DNA of 64,000 nt from Mayamaea pseudoterrestris (taxonomy: Eukaryota), in assembly GCA_027923505.1 (NCBI GenBank), contig BROI01000006.1, forward strand, positions 930,001 through 994,000, in the 5' to 3' direction. Of this stretch, positions 45,624 to 57,277 are shown piece after piece. Below the pieces are notes generated by a model. That model was not told the DNA's origin. It did no database searches and was given only the letters and a program-made list of their open reading frames with translations. Positions within the stretch are counted from its first letter, which is position 1. Each line of letters starts with the position of its first letter. The position numbers were made by a program, and so were the translations under genes.

Positions 45624-47033
45624 ATGACGAGCAGCAGCAGCCAGAAGGAATTCACCTTTCCAGTCGCCAGCACCAAGAATAGCCTTCGCGTCGTGCGACC
45701 GACGCGCAACCTTGGCGAGGCGCTCAAGGCAACGGCAAGCAGCAGCAAGAGCCGCAGCGGATCAGGAACCACGGCAAGCATGTCCGTCTCGTCGCGCAGT
45801 GAAATGTCGAGTGCTTCCAAAAAGTATACGCTGGCGCCGACGCGAAACAGTAGTAACAGCAATCATCATGGCAGCAACTCATCGCTATCCAATGCAAATA
45901 CTGCCATGCAGCGACGAAAGGAGCGACGGCAGCAGTCGGCATCGTCTGGAAAACCCATCGAGGCGCTCCCCGGCGGATCGTTTCACGCGTCCTTTCACTA
46001 TCAATCTACTTCAGAGCCTGACGACGATGACGACGACGCCTTTGAGAATCAAGACGAATGGTGGGATGAACAACATCATGGAACATCTTCAGACTTTGCA
46101 GCTGCAACGAATGAACGTAGAAATTCAATTCAGGTTCGAAAGACCAAGGTGCATCCAGAGGAATTTGGTGCCAACAATAACAAAAGTACAGCTAGCTCTT
46201 TGTTGAACGCTCGCCACAAGGAATCATTAGCAGCTGCACCAAAAGCGTCATCGAGTCGAAGACTAGATCAGGCACTGGCGAGTCAAAAGCCGCTGGCTGC
46301 GACTCCAGGCGACTGCTGCAAGTCGGTGCAAAGCAGCATGAGCTCGCGCGGCCGCAAACTCGAAAGCAGCGGCAGCAGGGCTCCAACCTCGCGCAGCGTG
46401 TCACGGAGTGGGCGCTCGAGTCTTGCCGTTCCAACGTCCAGTCTACTGGGAACATCATCCGTCGTCGAGTCGCCAGCGAAAGCATCATCGACACGTACTA
46501 GCGTAACTCGATCTTCGCGGCCCCGCGGCAAGAGTGTGGAAGCGCCGCGCGTCAATACGTTGCTGAGTCATGGGCGACCGCAGCGAAAAACTGGAGCTAC
46601 AAGTAGCGCGGGATCGGTCGTATCCGCGCCGGCGCAAATGAATGGACGGGTCAAGGTTGGTCGAGTGGCGCGGCCGAGTGGCAATGCAAGTAGTAGTACA
46701 AGTGCAGCCAACACGAGTGGCACGACTACTTCATCATCGTCATCAGCTGCGAATCGATATGGGTTCCCATCCTGTTTCTCTGGCAATGGCAGCTGTCGAA
46801 ATCTGGAAGCCTCCACGCATACAGTTTCCTTTGATCCATTTGCAGTGTCAGAGCACGAGCAGCGCCAACACCAAAAGGAACGCACGGCGCAACTTCCGCT
46901 GCAAGTTCAACGCAAGGGCAAGTATAGTGACAAGGAAAAAATGCTTCGCAAAATTAAAGAAATTGGAATATCAGAACACATGCTACAGAATATGAAGCAG
47001 GCTGGTTTGGTCATTACGGAAACGAAACGATGA
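45624..47033 (+). CDS. Ser/Arg-rich low-complexity protein, clustered family member 5
   Basis: 469-codon intronless ORF. C-terminal GISEHMLQNMKQAGLVITE. Confidence 0.82.
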   Translation: MTSSSSQKEFTFPVASTKNSLRVVRPTRNLGEALKATASSSKSRSGSGTTASMSVSSRSEMSSASKKYTLAPTRNSSNSNHHGSNSSLSNANTAMQRRKERRQQSASSGKPIEALPGGSFHASFHYQSTSEPDDDDDDAFENQDEWWDEQHHGTSSDFAAATNERRNSIQVRKTKVHPEEFGANNNKSTASSLLNARHKESLAAAPKASSSRRLDQALASQKPLAATPGDCCKSVQSSMSSRGRKLESSGSRAPTSRSVSRSGRSSLAVPTSSLLGTSSVVESPAKASSTRTSVTRSSRPRGKSVEAPRVNTLLSHGRPQRKTGATSSAGSVVSAPAQMNGRVKVGRVARPSGNASSSTSAANTSGTTTSSSSSAANRYGFPSCFSGNGSCRNLEASTHTVSFDPFAVSEHEQRQHQKERTAQLPLQVQRKGKYSDKEKMLRKIKEIGISEHMLQNMKQAGLVITETKR

Positions 47034-47184
47034 ACGAGCCCTGCGTCGCCATTCAGTACCAAGCAGTTGTGATTAGCTACTACTAATTCATACAAAGTGG
47101 CATGCCAGAATGGTACGCATAACCTAGAATACAAAGAAATTTCAGTTTGTAGTTAATCTAAGCTCATAGCCTTGTCTATGAGGG

Positions 47185-50100
47185 AGTGGGGCCCAACAAC
47201 ATGCCATGAGACTCCGCACATTCAGTGTTAACAAAAGGTTAAATTTGCCAGCAATGCATCCTTCTTGGCTCCAGGGATGATCAGTGTTGCCTGCTGAACC
47301 TGCCAATTCCATTGAATTCATGTTTGTTGACATGATGGGGCCAATGAGGTGGTTAAGTTGCACCTCCAGTCAATTTCATCACCATGTATGCCATGGTGAG
47401 ACTTAGCGGATCCAACAACTTGTTGGATCTGCTAGCAGTGCACCTCAAATTGCACTTCAGACTGCCAGAATTGGCCTGCCAATACTGGAATACAACGACC
47501 ACTGTGTTTCAATCTGATTAGGACTCAAAGGCTTGTCACCATGGGTGCGGAACCCATCCCTTTGCCATGAGCTTCCGCACATTCAACCAATGGTTGAATG
47601 TGCCAGCGGTGCACCCTTTTTGGCTACATGGATTATCAGCGCTGCCTTCTGAGCCGTGAAATCCTTTCCAATTCATGATTGGTGTCATGATGGGCCAATA
47701 ATTTGGTCAGTTGCACCCATCCCAGTCTCCATCACCATGTATGCCATGGTGCAACTCGGCTTGCAGATCCAACAACTTGTTGGATCTGCTAGCAGTGCAC
47801 CTCAAGTGGCACTTCAGACTGCCAGAACGGCCTGCCGAAACTGGAATACAAAGCGAATTGTGTTTCCATTTGATTAGGACTCAAAGGCTTGTCACCATGG
47901 GTGTGGAACCCATCCCTTTGCTAATGAGCTTCCGCACATTCAACCAATGGTTGAATGTGCCAGCGGTGCACCCTTTTTGGCTACAGGGATCATCAGCGCT
48001 GCCTTCTGAGCCCTGAAATCCTTTCCAATTCATGATTGGTGTCATGATTGGCCAATAATTTGGTCAGTTGCACCCATCCCAGTCTCCATCAAAATTGAAT
48101 GCCATGGTGCGACTCCGCTTGCAGATCCAACAACTTGTTGGATCTGCTAGCAGTGCACCTCAAGTGGCACTTCAGACTGCCAGAATGGCCTGCCAATACT
48201 GGAATACAATGAGCATTGTGATTCCATTTGATTAGGACTATAAGGCTTGTCACCATTGGTGCGGAACCCATCCCTTTGCCACAAGCTTCCACACATTCAA
48301 CCAATGGTTGAATGTGCCAGCGGTGCACCCTTTTTGGCTACAGGGATCATCAGCGCTGCCTTCTGAGCCCTGAAATCCTTTCCAATTCATGTTTGGTGTC
48401 ATGATTGGCCAATGATCTGGTCAGTTGCACCCATTCCTGTCTCCACCACCATGTATGCCATGGTGCGACTCAGCTTGCAGATCCAACAACTTGTTGGATC
48501 TGCTAGCAGTGCACCTCAAGTGGCACTTCAGACTGCCAGAATGGCCTGCCAATACTGGAATACAATGAGCATTGTGATTCCATTTGATTAGGACTATAAG
48601 GCTTGTCACCATTGGTGCGGAACCCATCCCTTTGCCATGAGCTTCCGCACATTCAACCAATGGTTGAATGTGCCAGTGGTGCACCCTTTTTGGCTACAGG
48701 GATCATCAGCGCTGCCTTCTGAGCCATGAAATCCTTTCCAATTCATGATTGGTGTCATGATGGGCCAATAATATGGTCAGTTGCACCCATCCCAGTCTCC
48801 ACCACCATGTATGCCATGGTGCGACTGAGCTTGCAGATCCAACAACTTGTCGGATCTGCTAGCAGTGTACCTCAAGTGGCACTTCAGACTGCCGGAACGG
48901 CCTGCCAGTACTGGAATACAAAACGCATTGTGTTTCCATTTGATTAGGACCCAAAGGCTTGTCACCATGGGTGTGGAACCCATCCCTTTGCCATGAGCTT
49001 CCGCACATTCAACCAATGGTTGAATGTGCCAGCGGTGCACCCTTTTTGGCTACAGGGATCATCAGCGCTGCCTTCTGAGCCCTGAAATCCTTTCCAATTC
49101 ATGATTGGTGTCATGATGGGCCAATAATTTGGTCAGTTGCACCCATCCCAGTCTCCACCACCATGTATGCCATGGTGCGACTCCGCTTGCAGATCCAACA
49201 ACTTGTTGGATCTGCTAGCAGTGCACCTCAAGTGGCACTTCAGACTGCCAGAACGGCCTGCCAATACTGGAATACAAAGCGAATTGTGTTTCCATTTGAT
49301 TAGGACTCAAAGGCTTGTCACCATGGGTGCGGAACCCATCCCTTTGCTAATGAGCTTCCGCACATTCAACCAATGGTTGAATGTGCCAGCGGTGCACCCT
49401 TTTTGGCTACAGGGATCATCAGCGCTGCCTTCTGAGCCCTGAAATCCTTTCCAATTTATGATTGGTGTCATGATGGGCCAATGATTTGGTCAGTTGCACC
49501 CATCCCAGTCTCCACCACCATGTATGCCATGGTGTGACTGAGTTGCAGATCCAACAACTTGTCGGATCTGCTAGCAGTGTACCTCAAGTGGCACTTCAGA
49601 CTGCGGGAACGGCCTGCCAATACTGGAATACAAAACGCATTGTGTTTCGTTTGATTAAGACTCAAAGGCATGTCACCATGGGTGCGGAACCCATCCCTTT
49701 GCCACGAGCTTCTGCACATTCAACCAATGGTTGAATGTGCCAGCGGTGCACCCTTTTTGGCTACAGGGATCATCAGCGCTGCCTTCTGAGCCCTGAAATC
49801 CTTTCCAATTCATGTTTGATGTAATGATTGGCCAATGATCTGGTCAGTTGCACCCATTCCTATCTCCACCACCATGTATGCCATGGTGCGACTCAGCTTG
49901 CAGATTTAACAACTTGTTGGATCTGCTAGCAGTGCACCTCAAGTGGCACTTCAGACTGCCAGAATGGCCTGCCAATACTGGAATACAATGAGCATTGTGA
50001 TTCCATTTGATTAGGACTCAAAGGCTTGTCACCATTGGTGCGGAACCCATCCCTTTGCCATGAGCTTCCGCACATTCAACCAATGGTTGAATGTGCCAGC

Positions 50101-52580
50101 GGTGCACCCTTTTTGGCTACAGGGATCATCAGCGCTGCCTTCTGAGCCCTGAAATCCTTTCCAATTCATGATTGGTGTCATGATGAGCCAATAATTTGGT
50201 CAGTTGCACCCATCCCAGTCTCCACCACCATGTATGCCATGGTGTGACTGAGTTGCAGATCCAACAACTTGTCGGATCTGCTAGCAGTGTACCTCAAGTG
50301 GCACTTCAGACTGCCGGAACGGCCTGCCAGTACTGGAATACAAAACGCATTGTGTTTCCTTTGATTAGGACCCAAAGGCTTGTCACGATGGGTGTGGAAC
50401 CCATCCCTTTGCCATGAGCTTCCGCACATTCAACCAATGGTTGAATGTGCCAGCGGTGCACCCTTTTTGGCTACAGGGATCATCAGCGCTGCCTTCTGAG
50501 CCCTGAAATCCTTTCCAATTTATGATTGGTGTCATGATGGGCCAATGATTTGGTCAGTTGTACCCATTCCAGTGTCCACCACCATGTATGCCATGGTGAG
50601 ACTCAGCTTGCAAGTTTAACAACTTGTTGGATCTACTAGCAGCGCACCTCAAGTGGCACTTCAGACTGCCAGAATGGCCTGCCAATACTGGAATACAATG
50701 ACCATTGTGTTTCCATTTGATTAGGACGCAAAGGTTTGTCACCATGGGTGTGGAACCCATCCCTTTGCCATGAGCTTCCGCACATTCAACCAATGGTTGA
50801 ATGTGCCAGCGGTGCACCCTTTTTGGCTACAGGGATCATCAGCGCTGCCTACTGAGCCCTGAAATCCTTTCCAATTCATGATTGGTGTCATGATGGGCCA
50901 ATGATTTGGTCATTTGCACCCATTCCTGTCTCCACCACCATGTATGCCATGGTGCGACTCATGGATCTGCTAGCAGTGCACCTCAAGTGGCACTTCAGAC
51001 TGCCAGAATGGCCTGCCAATACTGGAATACATAGCGAATTGTGTTTCCATTTGATTAAGACTCAAAGGCTTGTCACCATGGGTGTGGAACCCATCCCTTT
51101 GCCATGAGCTTCCGCACATTCAACCAATGGTTGAATGTGCCAGCGGTGCACCCTTTTTGGCTACAGGGATCATCAGCGCTGCCTACTGAGCCCTGAAATC
51201 CTTTCCAATTCATGATTGGTGTCATGATGGGCCAATGATTTGGTCAGTTGTACCCATTCCAGTGTCCACCACCATGTATGCCATTGTGAGACTGAGCTTG
51301 CAGATCCAACAACTTGTTGGATCTACTAGCAGTGCACCTCAAGTGGCACTTCAGACTGCCAGAATGGCCTGCCAATACTGGAATACATAGCGAATTGCGA
51401 TTCCATTTGATTAGGACTCAAAGGCTTGTCACCATGGGTGTGGAACCCATCCCTTTGCCATGAGCTTCCGCACATTCAACCAATGGTTGAATGTGCCATC
51501 AGTGCACCCTTTTTGGCTACAAGAGTCATCAGCGCTGCCGTTTGAGCCTGAAATCCTTTCCAATTCATGTTTGGTGTCATGATTGGCCAATGATTTGGTC
51601 AATTACACTCATTCCAGTCTCCACCTCCATGTATGCCATGGTGAGACTGAGCTTGCAGAACCAACAACTTGTTGGATCTGCTAGCAGTGCAACTCAAGTG
51701 ACACTTCAGACTGCCAGAACGGCCAGCCAATACTGGAATACAAAACGACCTGTGTTTCCATTCAATTAGGACTCAAAGGCTTGTCCCCATGGGTGTTGAA
51801 CCCATCCCTTTGCCACAAGCTTCCGCACATTCAACCAATGGTTGAATGTGCCAGCAGTGCACCCTTTTTGGCTACAGGGATCATCAGCGCTGCCTTCTGA
51901 GCCCTGAAATCCTTTCCAATTCATGATTGGCGTCATGATGGGCCAATGATTTGGTCAGTTGTACCCATTCCAGTCTCCACCACCATGTATGCCATGGTGA
52001 GACTCAGCTTGCAGATCCAACAACTTGTTGGATCTACTAGCAGTGCACCTCAAGTGGCACTTCAGACTGCCGGAACGGCCTGCCAATACTGGAATACAAA
52101 GCGAATTGTGTTTCCATTTGATTAGGACTCAAAGGCTTGTCACCATGGGTGTGGAACCCATCCCTTTGCCATGAGCTTCTGCACATTCAACCGATGTTTG
52201 AATGTGCCGGCGGTGCACCCTTTTTGGCTACAGGGATCATCAGCGCTGCCTTCTGAGCCCAACAAATCTAATCCAGGCATGTTTACTGACATGATGGGGC
52301 CAATGGTTTGGTCAGTTGCACCGCAAAGTCAGTTTTCATCACCATGTATGCCATGGTAAGACTTAGCGGATCCAACATCTTGTTGGATCTACTACCAGTG
52401 CATCTCAGTAACCAATCTGACTGCCAGAATGGTCCCCAGACCAAAAAAAGACCATTCAGTTTATAGTTGATTTAAACTCATACTCATAGTTTTGTCAATG
52501 AGGATGTGGGACCCATCAACATGCCATGAGACTCCGCAAATTCAACATAAGGTTGAACGTGCCAGCAGTGCACCCTTCTT
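47185..52580. repeat. Tandem satellite, about 356-bp unit, about 15 copies, with degenerate outer units
   Basis: AGCTTCCGCACATTCAACCAATGG recurs near 47570, 47927, 48283, 48640, 48996, 49353 and onward to 52174. Diverged copies near 47208 and 52528. Confidence 0.97.
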
Positions 52581-52766
52581 TGTTAAGGTATTTTGTGCTA
52601 TTATTGAAAATGAGACCAACCACTCATATCTTTTATTGATAGCTCAATAATTCGTGAGTGCAGTCACTTTGCCATAACAAGCTACTGCGGCATACTGTTA
52701 AAATGTACTTCTACTTTATATTAATTCATCGACTGGTCTATGTCCCTATGAAGACAAAAGGTGTGG

Positions 52767-55700
52767 TTACATGTCGCGATAGGATCGCTCCAAAGAACTG
52801 ACAACGATCAGTGCCTCCTGTGTTCTGTCCAGATTTGTAGTCTTACTGCTACCAATTGAGTTGTCGGTGACTGTCGGCTGATCGCTGTACTCGAATGTCG
52901 ATACAATTCGCTTACTATTTTTCCACTGATACAATACATCATTCTCGCCAGTGTAGCCGTAGAACAAGCCATTGCGCAAGCAAAACAATAGAAATTGTCG
53001 CCAGACGAAGTCGCGCATCATGGTACGGGGGTCGCCCACCACAATGAAAAGCTTCTGCGCTCGAGTCATGGCCACGTTAGAACGCTTTGGTTGATTAAAC
53101 ATTCCCATGCTATGCTGAACGTCATGGCCCACTAGGTTCCAGTTACTTCGAGTTAAACTGAGAAGAATCACATCCCGTTCAACGGCCTGATAGTCTTCGA
53201 CGAGGCCAACGTTGACAGCTCCCAATCCTCGTTGCCGCAGCAAATCACGAATCAGTACGACTTGCGCGCGGAACGGTGCCATGATCCCAATGGATTGCGT
53301 GGACACTTCTAAACTCGTTAGCTCAGCTGCCAATTCGACAACGACTTTAGCTTCATCCTCGTTCTGCCACGAGTTGCCAGCAAACCCAGATTGTATCGTA
53401 ACAGACCTGTCAGCACCCTTGACACCCCGCAAGTGAATCGGCCAACCATACTGCTTCTTCGCGCTAATAACATGCGGCACTGGATCCGACTGCGTCCCAT
53501 CTGAAACCACAACCACTGGCTCAGTTTGTAATTCTAAACGTCGAAGTTTTTCGCACCATCCCAGTCCGTCATTGATTGGAACTGCACTCTGCAACTTATC
53601 GTAGTAGAATAGGGCACTTGGCATCATCAGAAACGATGGATGTCCGCGATAATTGATTGTCAAGAAAATTGATAGGTTGTCTCGAAACGAAAGCTGGATA
53701 AAGTCAAGCATGCAGACCATGTCGGGTCCGAGCAAATGATTGTTGCCACCGCCAAGAGCCCCAACTGGTCGAAGGAGGAGGCGCTCCATCCAGGATTTAC
53801 CCATGCCGGCAGTCCGCGCCTGCGAAGAATATACCGAGGGTGATAGTTGCCGTGGGTCTCCACAGAGAACCAATTCCGCTTTGCGTACGCCAGGCGCTGT
53901 ATCAGCAACAACCGACACCGGAATAAGGGACTCGGGCTCTGTCGCTTGGGCCGCCTCGTCAATGAACAAATGAGTAAAATGGCACGAGTCAATTCCTTTC
54001 AAAATCACATCAACGTTGCATGACGCGCCAGCTTGTGCCACGTAATTAGCAAGATCTTTGCGGCGCACTCGAAGCTGCTGATTCGTCAAACCCTCCCCGT
54101 ACAGTATATGAGCGTCTTCGCATGTCGAAACAATCACCTTGAAGGCAAACAAGTCTTTACGCGACGGTATGCAAAATTCGCCCAATCCACCTGTGAGTTG
54201 TCGCGTGTATCCAAGAACTTGGACTGGAACAGTTTCAACTGCTCGTGAGCTGTCATAAAGTCGAAATAGTTGCAGTCGATCCAAATGTTTGCTAAGCCGC
54301 GTGATAATGTTGTCAGCTGCAGCATGTGACGGCGTGCACATCAAGATATGCGCCGACGGATCTGATGCCAGAACATGGCGGACGGCTGCCAGTTGGGTGT
54401 TGGTCTTGCCAGTCCCCGCTGGCCCTGTAAGAATGATCGGGCTCCGCATCGTGCCGAATTCAATATGGCGCGTGCGACGCAACACGAGTTTGAGAAAGTC
54501 TCGCTGCTGCAAATTCAAGTCTTCCGAATAGACGACTCCATGATCAAGCGGAACATCGTCGTTAGGCAAGACTGGAGCCAAAGACGGATATATGATCGGT
54601 GATAAATAGTCCAACGGCTGTTTGTAGAGCCAGTCTAATGCCGTAAGACATCTCGCGTGCTTCGTCACTTGGGGAACAAAGCGTATGTTGAACGTCGACA
54701 ACAGGGACGCCGCTGCCGTGAACAAAACGTTGTGCTTTGTTTGGTCAACCCATGTGCCGTGCACCAGGTCACCTTTTCGTTGAATTGATTGCACTGTGCA
54801 AAATATTTCAATAATGACGGGAGGGAAAAATCCAGCCGCCCGGCCCACTGCTGGATTGATGGGCAAGGCGATCGGACGCATCGAACGAACCAACATGACA
54901 TCGCCCACCTGCAGGGGTGGATTCGCGTCGGCAATACCAAGCACCGTCGTGGAGCAAACGTATACAACTGAGTCATCCTTCGTTTGCGCATGAAACGTGA
55001 CGGGGTGGTTGTACTGGGAGTATCGCTCGTAGAGCAACGCCATTTCTTGTCGCTCCGTGGTCAATAATCTGTCAAAGGTTGAACAGTAGCTCCCTAAATC
55101 CAAAGCGCTCTCTACTTGCGGCAGAGGAGGCAATTCATTGCTCGTCAAAGTCCCCATCAGTTTGCGGTGCCGGTGCTCTATGGCAAAGTAAAGCGAGTCG
55201 TCAACTGGAATAGTTCGGAAAGGACAGAGCTCATTATCGGGTACGGAAGCAAATTGCTGTGGAACCAAGATTACATCGCGACCAAACTGCATGCACGGTG
55301 GAGCAGATGCATACATGCGTGTGGCAAAAACTTCATTGATACGTCGAAATGATTCTGGCACATAGTTGGCGCTCAAGAGAGATGTCGATGCCAACTTCGT
55401 CGTAATCATTCCAATTTTATTGCCCTTCCCCTGAGGCTCTTTCGTCATGTTCTTGCTATTTCCCGGTAACTTGCCATTATATTCTGCAGCATCAGCTACG
55501 TGGGTCGCTATGGTCTGCAAAGCCGAATCAGCTTTCGAAGAACTCGCAGCAATCACCTTCTCAGACTTGCTTGGGGATTTTTCAATATGAGGATTGCTGC
55601 TTTCTGCATTCTTTTCAATGTCAGCGTTCCCGCCATTTGCGCAAGAGAGCGATGTGTCTTTTATATTATATAAAATCGTTTCAGAACTACCGCCACACTC

Positions 55701-56357
55701 AAGCTGTTGTTGTGCAACGAAATTGCTGTCGTGTACTATCAAAGTAAGAACATCTTGAACGTCACCTTCGCTCGAAATTGAGGTTGACTCCAATGTCGGC
55801 GAAAGTTCCTTTTCATTCGACTCGGCCTCATCCGCTGCTGGCTTGGGGTTACTGCTTGCGGTATCAGAAGCAAGTTTGCGGCCTTTTTTCAAGCGCTTGG
55901 GCTCCCCAATGCGAGCTTGCTCGCCTTTTACAAGAGTCAGGTCTGCAATTGCCACGTACGGCCACTCTGAATCTTCTTCAAAGGTGACAAGGACAATGGA
56001 AAGCTGTGCAATATCGCTGCTTTCGTTGAGGCAGCTTATACTGCTTTCAACAACCTTGTCAGCCTTGATTCGCATTGAGTAAATCCCATCGGAGAGGAGC
56101 AACTGCATGAAGAAAAGTGAGGAGAAGATGATTAGGGATGCGCTGCGCCAACTACCAAGGAAGAACCTTCAATCTGCTCGACTCACCGTATTTGGATATA
56201 TGCTAATATCCTGTCCAGCGTTGAAACAAATCGAAAGCACTTGCAGCAAATGCTCTTGTCCGACGACTTCATTCTTGCATTCCGATTGATTCGCAGGCGA
56301 AGTCGCCGCCAAGGAGGCGATTGACGACAGCAAACCAGAAGAAAGCGTCGTTGACAT
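52767..56357 (-). CDS. UPF1-like SF1 RNA helicase (MOV10/Armitage/SDE3-like) with an RPA70N-like N-terminal domain, 2 exons (56357-56187, 56102-52767)
   Basis: Helicase motifs TGPAGTGKT, CTPSHAAAD, FIDEAAQATEPE, GDPRQL, NYRGHP, MAPFRAQV, VEDYQAVERD and NVAMTRAQ. A GTGAGT...CAG intron at 56186-56103 keeps frame. Confidence 0.87.
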
Positions 56358-56672
56358 TATAAATACGTTTTTAGTCAATCTTTCCTTGCTATACCTGTAC
56401 GTGCAGGTATCTCTCGGAAGCCTTTGCTTGTTTTCAATGTATGGATCGTTGCTTGAGTCGTTGAACAGTAACGCCAGAATGTGTCAACTTTTCGTCATCA
56501 AGTCGCTTGCAATCTCTTATTTCCCCCGTCAAGAGACTTTTAGAAGCTGTCTGGCCAAGGTAAACGCCCGATGAAACTTTCAAGGGAATGCATTGGGTGC
56601 CGGCGGGTTCGTTCTGATTATTTTTGGATCGCCATGGTTTGCGCCTGTCGACAATTTTGCGGTGCGACGCTG

Positions 56673-57062
56673 TGACGTAATTGACACTGGCACTCGTTTC
56701 GTACTATTGCCTTAATGACGTAATTGACACTGGCACTTGTTTCATACTATTGCCTTATGACGTAATTGACACTGGCACTCGTTTCATACTATTGCCTTTG
56801 TGACGTAGTTTTCACAAGCACTTGTTTCATACTATTGCCTTATGACGTAGTTTTCACTGGCACTCGTTTCATACTATTGCTTTGTGACGTAGTTTTCACT
56901 GGCACTTGTTTCACACTCCTGCCTTGTGACGTAGTTTTCACTGGCACTCGTTTCGTACTATTGCCTTGTGACGTAATTGACACTGGCACTCGTTTCATAC
57001 TATTGCCTTCTGATGTAATTGACACTGGCACTCGTTTCGTACTATTGCCTTGTGACGTAATT
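56673..57062. repeat. 42-bp minisatellite, 9 full units plus a partial tenth
   Basis: Units start with TGACGTA at 56673, 56716, 56758, 56801, 56843, 56885, 56927, 56969, 57011 (TGATGTA) and 57053. Confidence 0.95.
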
Positions 57063-57277
57063 ACCTTCTCAGTCACGAGTGTCACGTGACGCGCCTCGAG
57101 GTTCGAGCAGCTGCTGCCGGATCCATTCGCTGTCGCTCGCTTGCTGCTGCTCTTGAAAAGGATTCTTCCGTGCGAAGCACTTGGACGACTGGTCGCGAAG
57201 ACAGATATCTTCTCGCACTTTAACTCTCTGTATCTATCACTACTATAGCAGTGAAAGCAAGTCAATTAGCTAGGACC

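Noticed and set aside
47185..52580. CRISPR array or repeated small genes in the 356-bp array
   Set aside because: Whole units repeat with no unique spacers, there are no cas genes, the context is eukaryotic, and unit-length indels break the ORFs.
56673..57062. 42-bp repeat as a CRISPR array, or as coding sequence (ORFs 56766-57089 and 56840-57265)
   Set aside because: The units are contiguous with no spacers. The ORFs arise from the 42-bp period and are broken by 43-bp units.
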